Source: a virus
Taxonomy: Duplodnaviria; Caudoviricetes
Virus record (IMG/VR): IMGVR_UViG_3300021963_010582
Location: 1 to 37,155 of that record
Direction: 5' to 3' (one strand)
Length of the DNA stretch: 37,155 nt
A model generated the notes under the pieces. It searched no databases. It saw nothing but the letters and a program-made list of their open reading frames with translations, and had not been told where the DNA came from. A program made the translations under genes and the position numbers. Of this stretch, positions 7,607-17,130 are shown piece by piece. The number at the start of each line of letters is the position of its first letter. The first letter of the stretch is position 1.

Positions 7607-10600
7607 GCCGCTGTCCTCACCGCCAGGGCGTCGCCGTCCGGGGTAACTCGTTCCAGGATGCGGGCGGTCTTGCTGGTGCCCGAGGCAATCGTCGCTGAGG
7701 CAATTCGCTGCTCATCGCGCAGATCCGCCACTTCCTGCCGCAGCGCCTGCAGTTCTCCGATTAGGGCAGACTGACCGTCATTGGCCGGGATGGTCGCCAC
7801 GCCCATCTGGTTCGCCGCGAACTGGTCCCACCAACCGGGTGAAGAACTGTCGTCCGGCGCCACTTCGACCCCGACGGTGGCGCCGGACGCCTGATTGATG
7901 ATCGCCAGCGTCTGCTCAAGGCTGGCAGCCGTCAGACCCTGCAGGCGCGCCAGATCCTCGCCGGACCTGGCCGTATTTGCAGCGACCGACAGCAGTGCTT
8001 GGCTCAGAGCAGGCAGCGATTTGGCAGCCTCCTGGTCCCCGCCGCGCGCCAGCATCGAGGCATTGTTGAACTTTGCCAGTGCCTCGGCATAGCTGTTTGA
8101 CCTTGTGCCCGTAACACCCCGGATCCGCTCGATCTCGGCGATCAGGCCGTCGGTGATCGCTGCCCAGGCCGAGCGCAGTTTCTCCGCGGCATTCGCTGCA
8201 TCTTCGACCGCCTCCTTCTGATCTTCGAGGGCCCAGATCTGAAGCTGCAGGGCGCGGTTGCTTGCATCGATCTGGGCCAGATCAAGCGCCCGAAGCGCAG
8301 CGGTATTGCCTTGAACCTCCAGCAGCTGTCGCTCGAGCGACAGGCGTTCATCCGCAATGGCGGCCGCACTGGCTGCGTCTTGGGCTGCGCCGATGAGCTC
8401 CGCAAAGGCTGGCGCAAGCTGGATCAGTGTCACATAAGCCGCGCGGCCAGCCTCGGTGGTCAGATCCTGCGCTTCGACCAGCGAGCGGAAGCCTGCGATA
8501 CTTTGCGGCAGTTGAAGCCCGAGGCTCTCGAACACCAGAGCCATCTGCGCGGTCTGGGCCGAGGCTTGCTCGGCCTTGCTGTAGTAGAGCGCAAAATACT
8601 CGCCCGTCGCCGAAGTCATATCGCTGGCCGAGCCGAACAGGTCGAAGAGGTTCATCTTGGCCGCAAGGCTCAGATCCTCGACCGAGGTGCCGAGCAGGTT
8701 AAGCGAGGAACTCACCGCCTCGACACTGGAGGCAACACGGATCAGCGTCTCGAAATAGCCTTCGCCGACCTTCTGGAATTGCTCAAGCCCAGGCACGGCA
8801 TAGCGAGCCAAATTGTCGGCCGCTGCGCCAAAGACAGCGGTCAGCTTTTCCTGGATCTCGGCACCGGTCAGACCCTTCAGATCGATCTTGCCGATATTGA
8901 CCACGAAACCCTGTAGGCGGGACTGAACTTCGCCAAGCGACAAGCCCAGAGGGCTCGCTGCGGCCGAGATCGCATCATAGAAACCGGAGAAAATGAGCGC
9001 AAACTGGCGCTCAAGCTCAGCATCAGCCGCCGAATAGCGGGTCGAATAACTCGAGCCCATACTGATCCCGAGGAACTTCTTGGTCTTCTTGACGTCAGAG
9101 TAATAGCTCGCGTCAAACCCGTCGGAGAGGATCTCTGCCAGCGACTGGCCGCGACCGAAGATGCCCTGGCCGGTAATCGTGGTCTTGGTGCCAAACAGTG
9201 CGCCAAACGCCTTGCCGACGAGCCCGACCAGACCGCCCAAAATGCCGCCGATGATGGGGATCTTGTTCAGAACGGCCCCGACGCCTTCCAGTCCCCTGCC
9301 GATGAGGCCGGTCACGCCCGTGGACTGATAGCCGGTGTTTAAACCTGCAGCCGAGGCTTCAGCGCCATTGGTGCGGATGATGAGGTTGGTAAGCCCGCCG
9401 ATATTGGCTTCGATGTTGCGCAAGGAAGCCAGCATGGCAGCCGAATAGCGCATGGTCAGCGTGTCGACCTCGCGCAGGTGATCGATGGCTTTGGCAATAC
9501 TCTCCGACTTTGCGGTGCTGTCCCCAAACACTGTTCCGGTGCCATCATTGGCGGCAGACAGTTTTGGAGACCCGCCAAAGACGCCGCTGATCGCGAAACC
9601 GAGAGATGCAATGACACCGGCCGTGATTGCGCCAGCCGCAATGTTGAGCGGAAACGGCAGTGAGCGGATGGCGTTCACCACGGCCTCCACCGCCTTGATG
9701 CCGGTCGTAATGATCGAGTTGCCCTGTTCGACGCCAGCCCGAGCGGTGTCAGAGGCCGCCATGGCAGTGTCGCTCGTGACCTTGGCCGCCGTTTGCGCAC
9801 CGATCAGGCCGATTTTGACTGCGGCATTCTTGATCGCGACCGCCAGTTCAAAGGCGCGGAACACCTTCTCAGCGGCAAGCAGCGCCTTGTAGCCATCGGA
9901 GCCTTCCTTGAAGAAGCCCTTCGCGGCCGAGGCGAGATTGCCATAGTGATTAATCTCGGCCGATGCCTGGGCGGCACGCGCATCGGCATACTGGAATGAA
10001 GTGCGTCCATATTCGCGCTCGGCTTCAGCCACGCGCTGGGCTGCAGCCACCTGCGCCGAAGCAAAACGCGTGATCTCGACGCTGATCGCGCCAATAGCAC
10101 CGCCAACCGAGCCAAAGGCATCAGCCATGTTCTGTGCCGCAGCCTCAGTGGCAGAGACCATGTCCTCCAGGCTCTGCAGGAACTGCTCCTGTTCGCCCTG
10201 CGCAAAGTCCGCCTCCATCAGGCGGGTGCGGGCCGCGCGATATCGCTCCCAAGCTTCGACACCGCGTTCCAGAACGATCTGCTCGCGTTCGGCTTCGAGA
10301 TTGGCGAGTGCTTGAGCGCGGGCCGATTGGCCAAGCAGAGAGACCTGCTGTTCGAGCGGCGCAACTGTCTGGCGAAGGAACTCCGAGGTCGCGAAAGCCC
10401 GGGTTGCCTGCTCCCAAGCTTCGCCGGCTTCGAGAATGGCAATGCGCGCTTCGTCGGTTGGCGCCTTGAGTGCGGCCATCGCAACCTCCATCCGCTTGAT
10501 CTCGATCGGGGTCTTGCCAATCTTGGCGGTCTCTAGCGCGAGGTTGGCGGCAAAGTCCCGGGCGGCCTGGAGCGCGCGTTCGGCTTCCGTTTCCTTGGGG

Positions 10601-11733
10601 CCTTTTGCGCTGCTGGCACCGTCGCTGCCGTCGCCGCGGATCTCGTCCGCCTTTGCGGCAAGCCGGGCTTTGGCAGCAGCGATGCTGTTTTCCCGCCAGC
10701 GCGCTGAAAAGGCGTCCATCATGCCCATGGCATCGCCAAAGGCTGACGCGAATTCATCGCGGACCTGTGCACCCATGCGGGCGGTAGATCCGGCAAAACT
10801 GTTTTCCATACGCGGCAGAGCAACGCTCTCGATCCGGGTGATGGTCGAGAGGCCCACTCGGTCGAGTACCGGGTTCACCCATTCAGCGAGCCAATTGAGC
10901 GCTGCGATCGCCTTGTTGGCGAGATACTCGATCCCACTGATTGCCAGATTAGCGGCGCCCACGGCGGCCTCGCCGATAACGCCGGGCAGTGCGGCCCAGG
11001 TGATCCGGATCGCATTGAACCCGCCAACCCAGCCAGCGTAGAGAATGGCGACGGCGTATTTGCCAGCAGTCAGAACGGCCTCAAAGGCCGTGACCGCCCA
11101 ATCCTTGAGGGTCGAGAATACTGAGCCCAGGTCTAGCCCATCCGAGACGGTCTTCCATAGACCCTTCATGGTGTCGCCAACCGTGATCCCGACGGGGCCC
11201 AGCTTTTCCATTTCCTTCTTGGTGAGGCCGAGGCTTTGCGCATAGCGGTCTAGCTCGCCCGTCTGTTTGACGCTCGACTGGAACAGTTTGAATGCGCCGA
11301 ACGCGATGCCGGCGGCAGCAGCGGCTGCGAGAAGATAGGGGTTGGTCAGTGCAGCCGCGGCAGCACTGGCAGCAAGCCCCAGCAGCGCCCGGGCCATGCC
11401 GCCGATGCCGACGCCGGCCTGCATTGCGATCTGCCCGATCTGCGTGCCCTGCTGCATGAACACGGTCATGGGTTTCTGGCCGGAGAACAGGCCGACCACC
11501 ATGTCGTTGAGCTGAAAGACGAGGTTCTGGACATGATGCCCCGCAAGCTTCGCCGAACCACCCATGCGCGTGACACCGCCGCCACCGACCGCATTGAGCG
11601 CCCGGTCAGCACGCGAGGCGCTGTCCGCCATATCGCCCATCGCGCCTGCCACCGTGCGCTTCATGTCGGCCATCTCCTTTTGGAGCCGGGCGACGTTGGT
11701 GATCATTTCAATTTCGAGGGTGCCTGCTTTCAC
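7603..11733 (-). CDS. Tail tape measure protein
   Basis: 1376 aa, Ala-rich and helical, N-terminal NLVFQLNDMVVGLFSGQKPMTVFMQQGTQI (TMP_2-type motif), located after the tail chaperones. Confidence 0.95.
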   Translation of the reverse strand: MKAGTLEIEMITNVARLQKEMADMKRTVAGAMGDMADSASRADRALNAVGGGGVTRMGGSAKLAGHHVQNLVFQLNDMVVGLFSGQKPMTVFMQQGTQIGQIAMQAGVGIGGMARALLGLAASAAAAALTNPYLLAAAAAAGIAFGAFKLFQSSVKQTGELDRYAQSLGLTKKEMEKLGPVGITVGDTMKGLWKTVSDGLDLGSVFSTLKDWAVTAFEAVLTAGKYAVAILYAGWVGGFNAIRITWAALPGVIGEAAVGAANLAISGIEYLANKAIAALNWLAEWVNPVLDRVGLSTITRIESVALPRMENSFAGSTARMGAQVRDEFASAFGDAMGMMDAFSARWRENSIAAAKARLAAKADEIRGDGSDGASSAKGPKETEAERALQAARDFAANLALETAKIGKTPIEIKRMEVAMAALKAPTDEARIAILEAGEAWEQATRAFATSEFLRQTVAPLEQQVSLLGQSARAQALANLEAEREQIVLERGVEAWERYRAARTRLMEADFAQGEQEQFLQSLEDMVSATEAAAQNMADAFGSVGGAIGAISVEITRFASAQVAAAQRVAEAEREYGRTSFQYADARAAQASAEINHYGNLASAAKGFFKEGSDGYKALLAAEKVFRAFELAVAIKNAAVKIGLIGAQTAAKVTSDTAMAASDTARAGVEQGNSIITTGIKAVEAVVNAIRSLPFPLNIAAGAITAGVIASLGFAISGVFGGSPKLSAANDGTGTVFGDSTAKSESIAKAIDHLREVDTLTMRYSAAMLASLRNIEANIGGLTNLIIRTNGAEASAAGLNTGYQSTGVTGLIGRGLEGVGAVLNKIPIIGGILGGLVGLVGKAFGALFGTKTTITGQGIFGRGQSLAEILSDGFDASYYSDVKKTKKFLGISMGSSYSTRYSAADAELERQFALIFSGFYDAISAAASPLGLSLGEVQSRLQGFVVNIGKIDLKGLTGAEIQEKLTAVFGAAADNLARYAVPGLEQFQKVGEGYFETLIRVASSVEAVSSSLNLLGTSVEDLSLAAKMNLFDLFGSASDMTSATGEYFALYYSKAEQASAQTAQMALVFESLGLQLPQSIAGFRSLVEAQDLTTEAGRAAYVTLIQLAPAFAELIGAAQDAASAAAIADERLSLERQLLEVQGNTAALRALDLAQIDASNRALQLQIWALEDQKEAVEDAANAAEKLRSAWAAITDGLIAEIERIRGVTGTRSNSYAEALAKFNNASMLARGGDQEAAKSLPALSQALLSVAANTARSGEDLARLQGLTAASLEQTLAIINQASGATVGVEVAPDDSSSPGWWDQFAANQMGVATIPANDGQSALIGELQALRQEVADLRDEQRIASATIASGTSKTARILERVTPDGDALAVRTAA

Positions 11734-12188
11734 GTGCTGGGCTCCTTCGACATCATCAGCGCCCGGAAGGCGTTGGTCACTTTCCGGGAGACTTCATCTC
11801 GGTTGAGGACGGACGTGGCAGTCCATGGAGGCGGGCAATCAGGCTCGCGGGCGCGGACGGTTTCAGCGACGAATTCGATAGAAAGCCGTCGCAAGAGGCG
11901 GACCAGCCACGGAGGCAGATCGAGCCCCATGCAGTGCTGCCACTGGCCAATCGTGGCCCAGGAGATGGGCACTGCGCCCATCGCGCCGGGATCGGTGGGG
12001 CCGACTTCCATGAGCCAGTCGATCACCCAAGGGGTGCGAATTGGCGGAAAGTCGGGGGCAAGGTCGTCGATGGCCATTCGCTGCAGGCGGGTCAGCGGTT
12101 CAGCATCGGTGTCGGGTTTGATTTGTTTGGTAGTGCGCGCCTTGGGCGCGGTGCCCAGCCACGCCAGTTGGCGCACATAAAGGCTCAA
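11730..12188 (-). CDS. Tail assembly chaperone, gpT-like C-terminal part (probably expressed by -1 frameshift)
   Basis: Lies between the gpG-like gene and the tape measure gene, has only a TTG start, and is in the -1 frame relative to 12185..12601. Confidence 0.8.
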   Translation of the reverse strand: MSLYVRQLAWLGTAPKARTTKQIKPDTDAEPLTRLQRMAIDDLAPDFPPIRTPWVIDWLMEVGPTDPGAMGAVPISWATIGQWQHCMGLDLPPWLVRLLRRLSIEFVAETVRAREPDCPPPWTATSVLNRDEVSRKVTNAFRALMMSKEPST

Positions 12189-12601
12189 CTCTCGGCCGAG
12201 CTCTTCGTAAAATTTGCCCAGTCATTGATGTGGGCGGCAACCTGCGTGGCGATGAACCCGATCGACGGATCGGCGTAAGCCTTGCGGAACAGGTCCTGGC
12301 CTTCAAGCCCCTCAGCGGGCGGATAGGTGAAGCCATTGAAGCTAACCGTGCAGGCAGCCAGAAAATCAGCCTGTTCGGCGAGCTTTTCCTCGGCCGACTG
12401 GTCCATCTTCCCGCGCTTTTTGATCTTGTCCATCAGCTGGTTCTGCTGGCGAGCCTGGGCGCGCTGATAGACCTTGGAGCCTGGGCCGTAGACCGTGATC
12501 GAGAGGCGCTTGCCCTTCTCGTCGAAGAGCGGGGCATCGTCGCCGCCGACGAGTTCAACAGTCGAGGTGTCGGTGGCAGCGAGGGTCGTGATGTCAAACA
12601 T
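12185..12601 (-). CDS. Tail assembly chaperone, gpG-like
   Basis: 138 aa after the major tail gene. Ends ...WANFTKSSAES, with a slippery heptamer at the N-F codons. Confidence 0.85.
   Translation of the reverse strand: MFDITTLAATDTSTVELVGGDDAPLFDEKGKRLSITVYGPGSKVYQRAQARQQNQLMDKIKKRGKMDQSAEEKLAEQADFLAACTVSFNGFTYPPAEGLEGQDLFRKAYADPSIGFIATQVAAHINDWANFTKSSAES
12209..12215 (-). other. -1 programmed frameshift slippery site A-AAT-TTT
   Basis: mRNA GCA AAT TTT ACG. The -1 frame continues TAC GAA GAG CTC GGC CGA GAG TTG AGC CTT TAT into 11730..12188 with no stop. Confidence 0.85.
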
Positions 12602-12628
12602 GGAAAATCTCCGTCAGGGTGTCAGGAA

Positions 12629-13090
12629 TCAGGGCGCGAGGACTTCGACAATGCCCACACCGGCGGAGTTGGTGGTGAGTTCGAGGGTCACGGTGGCGGT
12701 GGTGATCTGATCGACCGAACCGACATTGACCTTGAAGCTCATGACTTGCGCCTGGAAGTAGTACTTGTCGCCGTTCTGGGTGGTGACGAGGAAGCTGTGA
12801 TCAGCGTCCGAGAGCGAGGCGGATTTGAGCAGGATCTGGCCGGCATCATCAGTGTCGAGACCGAGCTGGATCTGCATCGTACCCTGGTTGAAGCTGCCCT
12901 TCTTCTTGACGACGCCGCGGCTGCCGACGGGATTGAAGGTCACGAGATTGAACTCGCGGCCGAACTCGCCGAGGTCGGAGACTTCGCCGACCACGGTCAT
13001 GGTGAGCGCATTGTAGCCGGTGGCGTCAAAAGTCGCAGGGGTAGAGGCCGACACCTTCAAGGTGGTGCCGGCGGAAGTCCGAACGGTCAT
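12629..13090 (-). CDS. Major tail tube protein
   Basis: 153 aa, Thr/Gly-rich, VGEVSDLGEFG...KKKGSFNQG, canonical position. Confidence 0.85.
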   Translation of the reverse strand: MTVRTSAGTTLKVSASTPATFDATGYNALTMTVVGEVSDLGEFGREFNLVTFNPVGSRGVVKKKGSFNQGTMQIQLGLDTDDAGQILLKSASLSDADHSFLVTTQNGDKYYFQAQVMSFKVNVGSVDQITTATVTLELTTNSAGVGIVEVLAP

Positions 13091-13117
13091 GGCAATGGGT
13101 CCTTATGAAGGTGAGGC

Positions 13118-13522
13118 TCAACGCGCCTCGTTGAATGAGACGCGGAAGTCCTGCGTCTGCATGTGGATGCCGGTCTCCTCGTCGAGGAAATCAGGACCGG
13201 CGGAATCGGTGTGGACGGTGACGTCGGTCAGCCCGTCGATGGCGGGCATCTGGTCGGCAGCGGCATTGCGGACAGCTGCGATAATGGCTTTCACTTCAGG
13301 GTAGGTCCGGGCCAGAACGGCCACCTGCACGCGTTCGGTGACGCGGCGTTTCGCGCCCGGAGCCGGAACGTTGCGGTCGACACTGCTGACCGACATTAGC
13401 GATATCGCCGGCAAGTCCGTGTCCTGCGCCAGCATCCCAGCGGCGATCCGCGCAACGGGGACAAGCGACGTCACCCCGGTGTCAACCACCAGGAGCGAGC
13501 GGACCGCAATAACGCCGTTCAT
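13118..13522 (-). CDS. Tail terminator/completion protein (DUF3168-like)
   Basis: 134 aa between the gp10-like gene and the tail tube gene, LPAISL...RVQV pattern. Confidence 0.7.
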   Translation of the reverse strand: MNGVIAVRSLLVVDTGVTSLVPVARIAAGMLAQDTDLPAISLMSVSSVDRNVPAPGAKRRVTERVQVAVLARTYPEVKAIIAAVRNAAADQMPAIDGLTDVTVHTDSAGPDFLDEETGIHMQTQDFRVSFNEAR

Positions 13523-14082
13523 TCGTCATCGACCTCGAGGGTCGGTGCCTTCAGGTTCCCGATCTGGACGCGGTGGGCGATGTAGGAGCCCATAGCATTC
13601 ACCGCTTCCTCGGCTTTCTGGTCAAGCGCAGGGCGCAAGAAGGGTTTTGCGGCGTGGCCGGGGTGCATGACCGTGGGCCCGACGAAGTTCTCGCCGATCT
13701 TGAGGCTGCCGCGCTTCACCATCTTGTTGATAGTGCCGATGCCGACTTTTCGAGGCCCGTGCCGGGTTTCTCGCACCGGCTTGTCCGCCTCGGAAGCCGA
13801 GATCAGGTGCGGCGCGACGCCATATTCAATGAACAGCCCGAGATAGGAGCCGGACCCGCGCAGTTTGACGTAGGATGAGAGCTTGGCGCCCTCGGTCCGG
13901 GTGCCGATCCCGATCGCGCGCTTCAATTGTCCAGTCTTTACCGGGACATTGGCCTTGGCCTGCTGCTGGATCACCTTGGCACCGGCACGTAGGCCGCCCC
14001 GGATCACGTTGCGCTCAAGGTTCTTCGGCAGTTCATCGAGTAAACGCAGCAATTCAGGGCCACCCTTGAGCTGGATCGTCAT
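13519..14082 (-). CDS. HK97 gp10-family morphogenesis protein
   Basis: Start MTIQLKGG at 14082. PVKTGQLKRAI, FIEYG and HPG...PFLRPALD motifs. Confidence 0.88.
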   Translation of the reverse strand: MTIQLKGGPELLRLLDELPKNLERNVIRGGLRAGAKVIQQQAKANVPVKTGQLKRAIGIGTRTEGAKLSSYVKLRGSGSYLGLFIEYGVAPHLISASEADKPVRETRHGPRKVGIGTINKMVKRGSLKIGENFVGPTVMHPGHAAKPFLRPALDQKAEEAVNAMGSYIAHRVQIGNLKAPTLEVDDE

Positions 14083-14432
14083 GGTGCGGCTCCTTCGCTC
14101 GAATGTTCCTCGACCATGATTTCCATGGCCTCCCTGCGCCCCAGCGTTGCAGGGCCGGAAATGATCTGGTGGACACGGGTATCGATGATGACCCGCATGT
14201 CGGGCGTGATGCCAGCCAGATAACGGATGCGGATACGGGCCGGACGGCGACCAATCTGGATGCTGTCGGCCAGGCGCTCGGCCTTGGACGGGAGAATGTC
14301 CTTCACCTCGGCCCAAACGCAGGCGAACTCGGTCCAAGTGACCTGTTCGGTGCCATATTGGGGATCGTGCGTGACGACCTTGCGCTCAATCCGGATCCTT
14401 GTGTCGAGCTTCGAGGCTAGATCCAGCGACAT
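14079..14432 (-). CDS. Head closure / head-tail adaptor (SPP1 gp16-like)
   Basis: LDTRIRIE...YG...W...VWAEV...IRIRY..GITPDMRV pattern. Confidence 0.88.
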   Translation of the reverse strand: MSLDLASKLDTRIRIERKVVTHDPQYGTEQVTWTEFACVWAEVKDILPSKAERLADSIQIGRRPARIRIRYLAGITPDMRVIIDTRVHQIISGPATLGRREAMEIMVEEHSSEGAAP

Positions 14433-14959
14433 TTGAGCTGACCCACCAACGTGTCGAAGGCGAGACAGGCTGCACCTTCGCGGTTTTCGAACAGGGATGC
14501 AGTTTTGACCAGGACCGCAGCGCGCGCGATCGCCAGATCAGGGTCGTTCTCATCAAATCCTGCCGACAGTGTGATCCGGACCAGACCGTCCGGGCCCAGC
14601 TCGGGCCAAGATTTCCCAGATGCCGGGCGGATGCGGGTAAACCCGTGGCGCTTGCGGGCGACAAAGTCTGCCTCTGGCAGGGTAATCGTTGCCCCGTTGG
14701 GGGCAGTGTAGCGGATCTCTGCCACCGTGGAGGGCCGGATGGGCACGGTGATTTCGTCTTCCCAGCTTTCCAGCTGCAGTTCGATGGTCTGTTCGCAAAG
14801 CTTCAGGCCAGCCTGCTGCTCAAGTTCGGCTTGGGCCGCGTCCAGTTTAGCGCCGAGCAACAGGTCCTCGTCGCGGCCATCAAGCCGAAGCTGCTGGCGT
14901 GCTTCCTCGAGCGTCACGGCGCGATCCTGGGGTGGTTCGATCGAGACGATCTCAGACAT
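14417..14959 (-). CDS. Head-tail connector protein (HK97 gp6-like)
   Basis: VTLEEARQQLRLD...ED.LL and LFENRE motifs. Confidence 0.88.
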   Translation of the reverse strand: MSEIVSIEPPQDRAVTLEEARQQLRLDGRDEDLLLGAKLDAAQAELEQQAGLKLCEQTIELQLESWEDEITVPIRPSTVAEIRYTAPNGATITLPEADFVARKRHGFTRIRPASGKSWPELGPDGLVRITLSAGFDENDPDLAIARAAVLVKTASLFENREGAACLAFDTLVGQLKCRWI

Positions 14960-15159
14960 TATTCCGCCTTGGTGCGGTGCGTGGAGCCTGATTTGCGCGT
15001 GACAGCAGGGGCCGGTTCGCTCCCGCCGACTTCAACCGCAAGCCCGCGTTCGATCAGCTGCCGGCCAAAATGATCGTCGAGCTCGAAGCTCTGGCCAGCC
15101 AGGATGTTGTTGGAACTGACCGAGCTGATGTGCAAGGTATCAAGGGCTTTGAGGATCAT
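14959..15159 (-). CDS. Small capsid-adjacent hypothetical protein
   Basis: 66 aa, G..F.......LIERGLA with a basic tail, typical position after the capsid gene. Confidence 0.65.
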   Translation of the reverse strand: MILKALDTLHISSVSSNNILAGQSFELDDHFGRQLIERGLAVEVGGSEPAPAVTRKSGSTHRTKAE

Positions 15160-15183
15160 GGGTTATCCCTTCCGTTGGATGAG

Positions 15184-15207
15184 AGGGGCCGGAACGAGCC
15201 GGCCCCT
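15184..15207 (-). terminator. GC-rich hairpin after the capsid gene (attenuator or mRNA stabiliser)
   Basis: Perfect 9-bp inverted repeat AGGGGCCGG/CCGGCCCCT, no strong U tract. Confidence 0.5.
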
Positions 15208-15213
15208 GCATCA

Positions 15214-16446
15214 TCACGCAGCCGTTGCCGCGGTGGCAGCAGCAGCGAAGTCGCCCTTCACGAAAGCCTCCGGGCGGTAGACCGCGAGCGCGAGGCGCTC
15301 TTCGGCCAGGACCGTCACCAGGTTCTTGCGGAAGTTCTGGTCGTCCTCGGTCGAGATCTCGACCATGGCGTCCATGCGGTCGAAGATCTGCGCACCGAGC
15401 TGGAAGGCGCCGGTCAGGAACTTGCCCGTCGCCATCGACTGCGTTGCCACCACTGGCTGCCCCCATAGCGTCGGCGACAGGTTGCCCTGCGGATTGCCGA
15501 TAATGAACTGGCCAGTGGTGTCCTTGAGCAGTTCGATCGCCGCCCAGTCGGACGGATGCAGCACGACGCCAGTCGACATCAGCTCGGAAAGAGCCGTCTG
15601 CAGCATAGCGAGGCGCAGGACATCGATGCGGGTAACAGGCGCCGGGATGGTAATCGGCGGCGCAAAGGCGGTCGCCTGGGTGTAGACGCCGTGCAGATCG
15701 GTGCCGGTACCCCCGCCGTTCAGCAGCTGGTTCTCTTCAACAAGCGCCAGGCCATAGGTCAGGCGGCCGTCGATGTAGGACTGCAGCATCGGCACATCGT
15801 CGAGGATCTGGCGGGTGGCGAGAACCCAGTGGGCAATCGTGGTGACGCTGCTGGTCACGACATCGAACTTGATGTCGGTCTGCGGCTTGGTGGCGCCGGT
15901 CGTTTCCGAAACGGCGGCAGCCGCATTGGTGAAGCCTGTTTCCTTCACATACTGCACCGCATTGCTGTTGGTGCGCCCCGGGGTCAGCAGGTCGCGGACC
16001 GTGAGGCGCCGCTGGCCGGGGGTGACGATACCGGGCTGGCGGTCAGGAACGATCAGGTCGCCGGCCGAGCCATTGGCATCGGTCGTCAGAGCAGAGACGA
16101 TCGCCTTGACCTCGACGCTGGCGCGGCCACGCGCGGTCTTGCTGTTCAGGAAGGGCTTGATGGTGTCGGAAGAAACGACGCGTTCACCGATGGTCCGGTA
16201 GTCGGAGCGTTCGTCGTCCTGCTTCTTGCGGGCGAGCTTCTGCTCGACCTCGTCGAGGCGGGCCTTGGCTTCATTCAGCGCGGTGAGCGCCTCGTCGGCC
16301 AGCTGCTTGGTCGCGGCCGAGAGCTCTTCACCCTTGGCAGCCTTGCCCAGCGCCTCTTCGGCGATGGCTTTTACCTGGTCATGGCGCGTATCGAATGCAG
16401 CCTTCACTTCTTGCGCCAACTGATCGGCGCTCTTGGTCTCGGTCAT
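15214..16446 (-). CDS. Major capsid protein, HK97 fold
   Basis: 410 aa with a coiled-coil delta domain, TIAHW...QILDD, EENQLLNG.G and FRKNLVTVLAEERLALAVYRPEAFV. Confidence 0.97.
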   Translation of the reverse strand: MTETKSADQLAQEVKAAFDTRHDQVKAIAEEALGKAAKGEELSAATKQLADEALTALNEAKARLDEVEQKLARKKQDDERSDYRTIGERVVSSDTIKPFLNSKTARGRASVEVKAIVSALTTDANGSAGDLIVPDRQPGIVTPGQRRLTVRDLLTPGRTNSNAVQYVKETGFTNAAAAVSETTGATKPQTDIKFDVVTSSVTTIAHWVLATRQILDDVPMLQSYIDGRLTYGLALVEENQLLNGGGTGTDLHGVYTQATAFAPPITIPAPVTRIDVLRLAMLQTALSELMSTGVVLHPSDWAAIELLKDTTGQFIIGNPQGNLSPTLWGQPVVATQSMATGKFLTGAFQLGAQIFDRMDAMVEISTEDDQNFRKNLVTVLAEERLALAVYRPEAFVKGDFAAAATAATAA

Positions 16447-16470
16447 GGGATTGCTCCGTAGGAGGTGGGT

Positions 16471-17130
16471 TCAGCCGCGGACTTGCGCGGCGAGAGCCGA
16501 CAGAAAGTCGGTGTTGGACTCACTGCCGGACTCACTCCGGAGCAGCGATTTGAGGCCTTTGCCCGCGATTGCGGTGGCCTGGCTTTTCGAGAACCCTGCC
16601 TCGCGCAGGAAATTCTCAAAATCGGAGAGCGACGGCATCGTCTGTCCGTCGGTGACGGTCTTGACCGCCGTCACCTTCGCCTCGGTGTTCATGGGCATGG
16701 TGACGAGGCTGATCTCACGAAGATCGATCTTCTTTAGCCGCAGGACGCCGGCCTTGTAGGGGTCGGGAGCGGCACCGCCCTTGGGGATGGTGTAGCCGAT
16801 CGAGAGGCCCCCAAGCGCCCCGTGCTTCAGCTTGCCATAGGCGCGCTGGGCGACCGGATCTCCGTCGAGAATTAGCTGTCCGCGCACAAACAGGCCGCGA
16901 TCATCCTCGAAGATGTCACGCCACACGCCGATCGGTTCGCGCTGGTCGTGCTGCCAAAGCATCGGGATGCCCCAACCTTCGGCGCGTGCCTTGGCGACGC
17001 TCTCGCGGAATGCGCCCGGTTCGATGAGATCACCGCCCTGGTCGACATTGCCGAAGGTCGAAGCATAGCCTTCGAACTGGCCGGTGTCGTGCAGATCACT
17101 GGATTTGAGGGTCAGGGTGAGATGTTTCAT
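16471..17130 (-). CDS. Prohead protease, HK97 family
   Basis: FEGYASTFGNVD, MLWQHD, GLSIGY and LREISLVT.PMN motifs. Confidence 0.96.
   Translation of the reverse strand: MKHLTLTLKSSDLHDTGQFEGYASTFGNVDQGGDLIEPGAFRESVAKARAEGWGIPMLWQHDQREPIGVWRDIFEDDRGLFVRGQLILDGDPVAQRAYGKLKHGALGGLSIGYTIPKGGAAPDPYKAGVLRLKKIDLREISLVTMPMNTEAKVTAVKTVTDGQTMPSLSDFENFLREAGFSKSQATAIAGKGLKSLLRSESGSESNTDFLSALAAQVRG

Noticed and set aside
6365-7774. 469-aa + strand ORF
   Set aside because: Antisense shadow of tail genes. The same applies to 15556..16461, 17508..18779 and 30683..31945.
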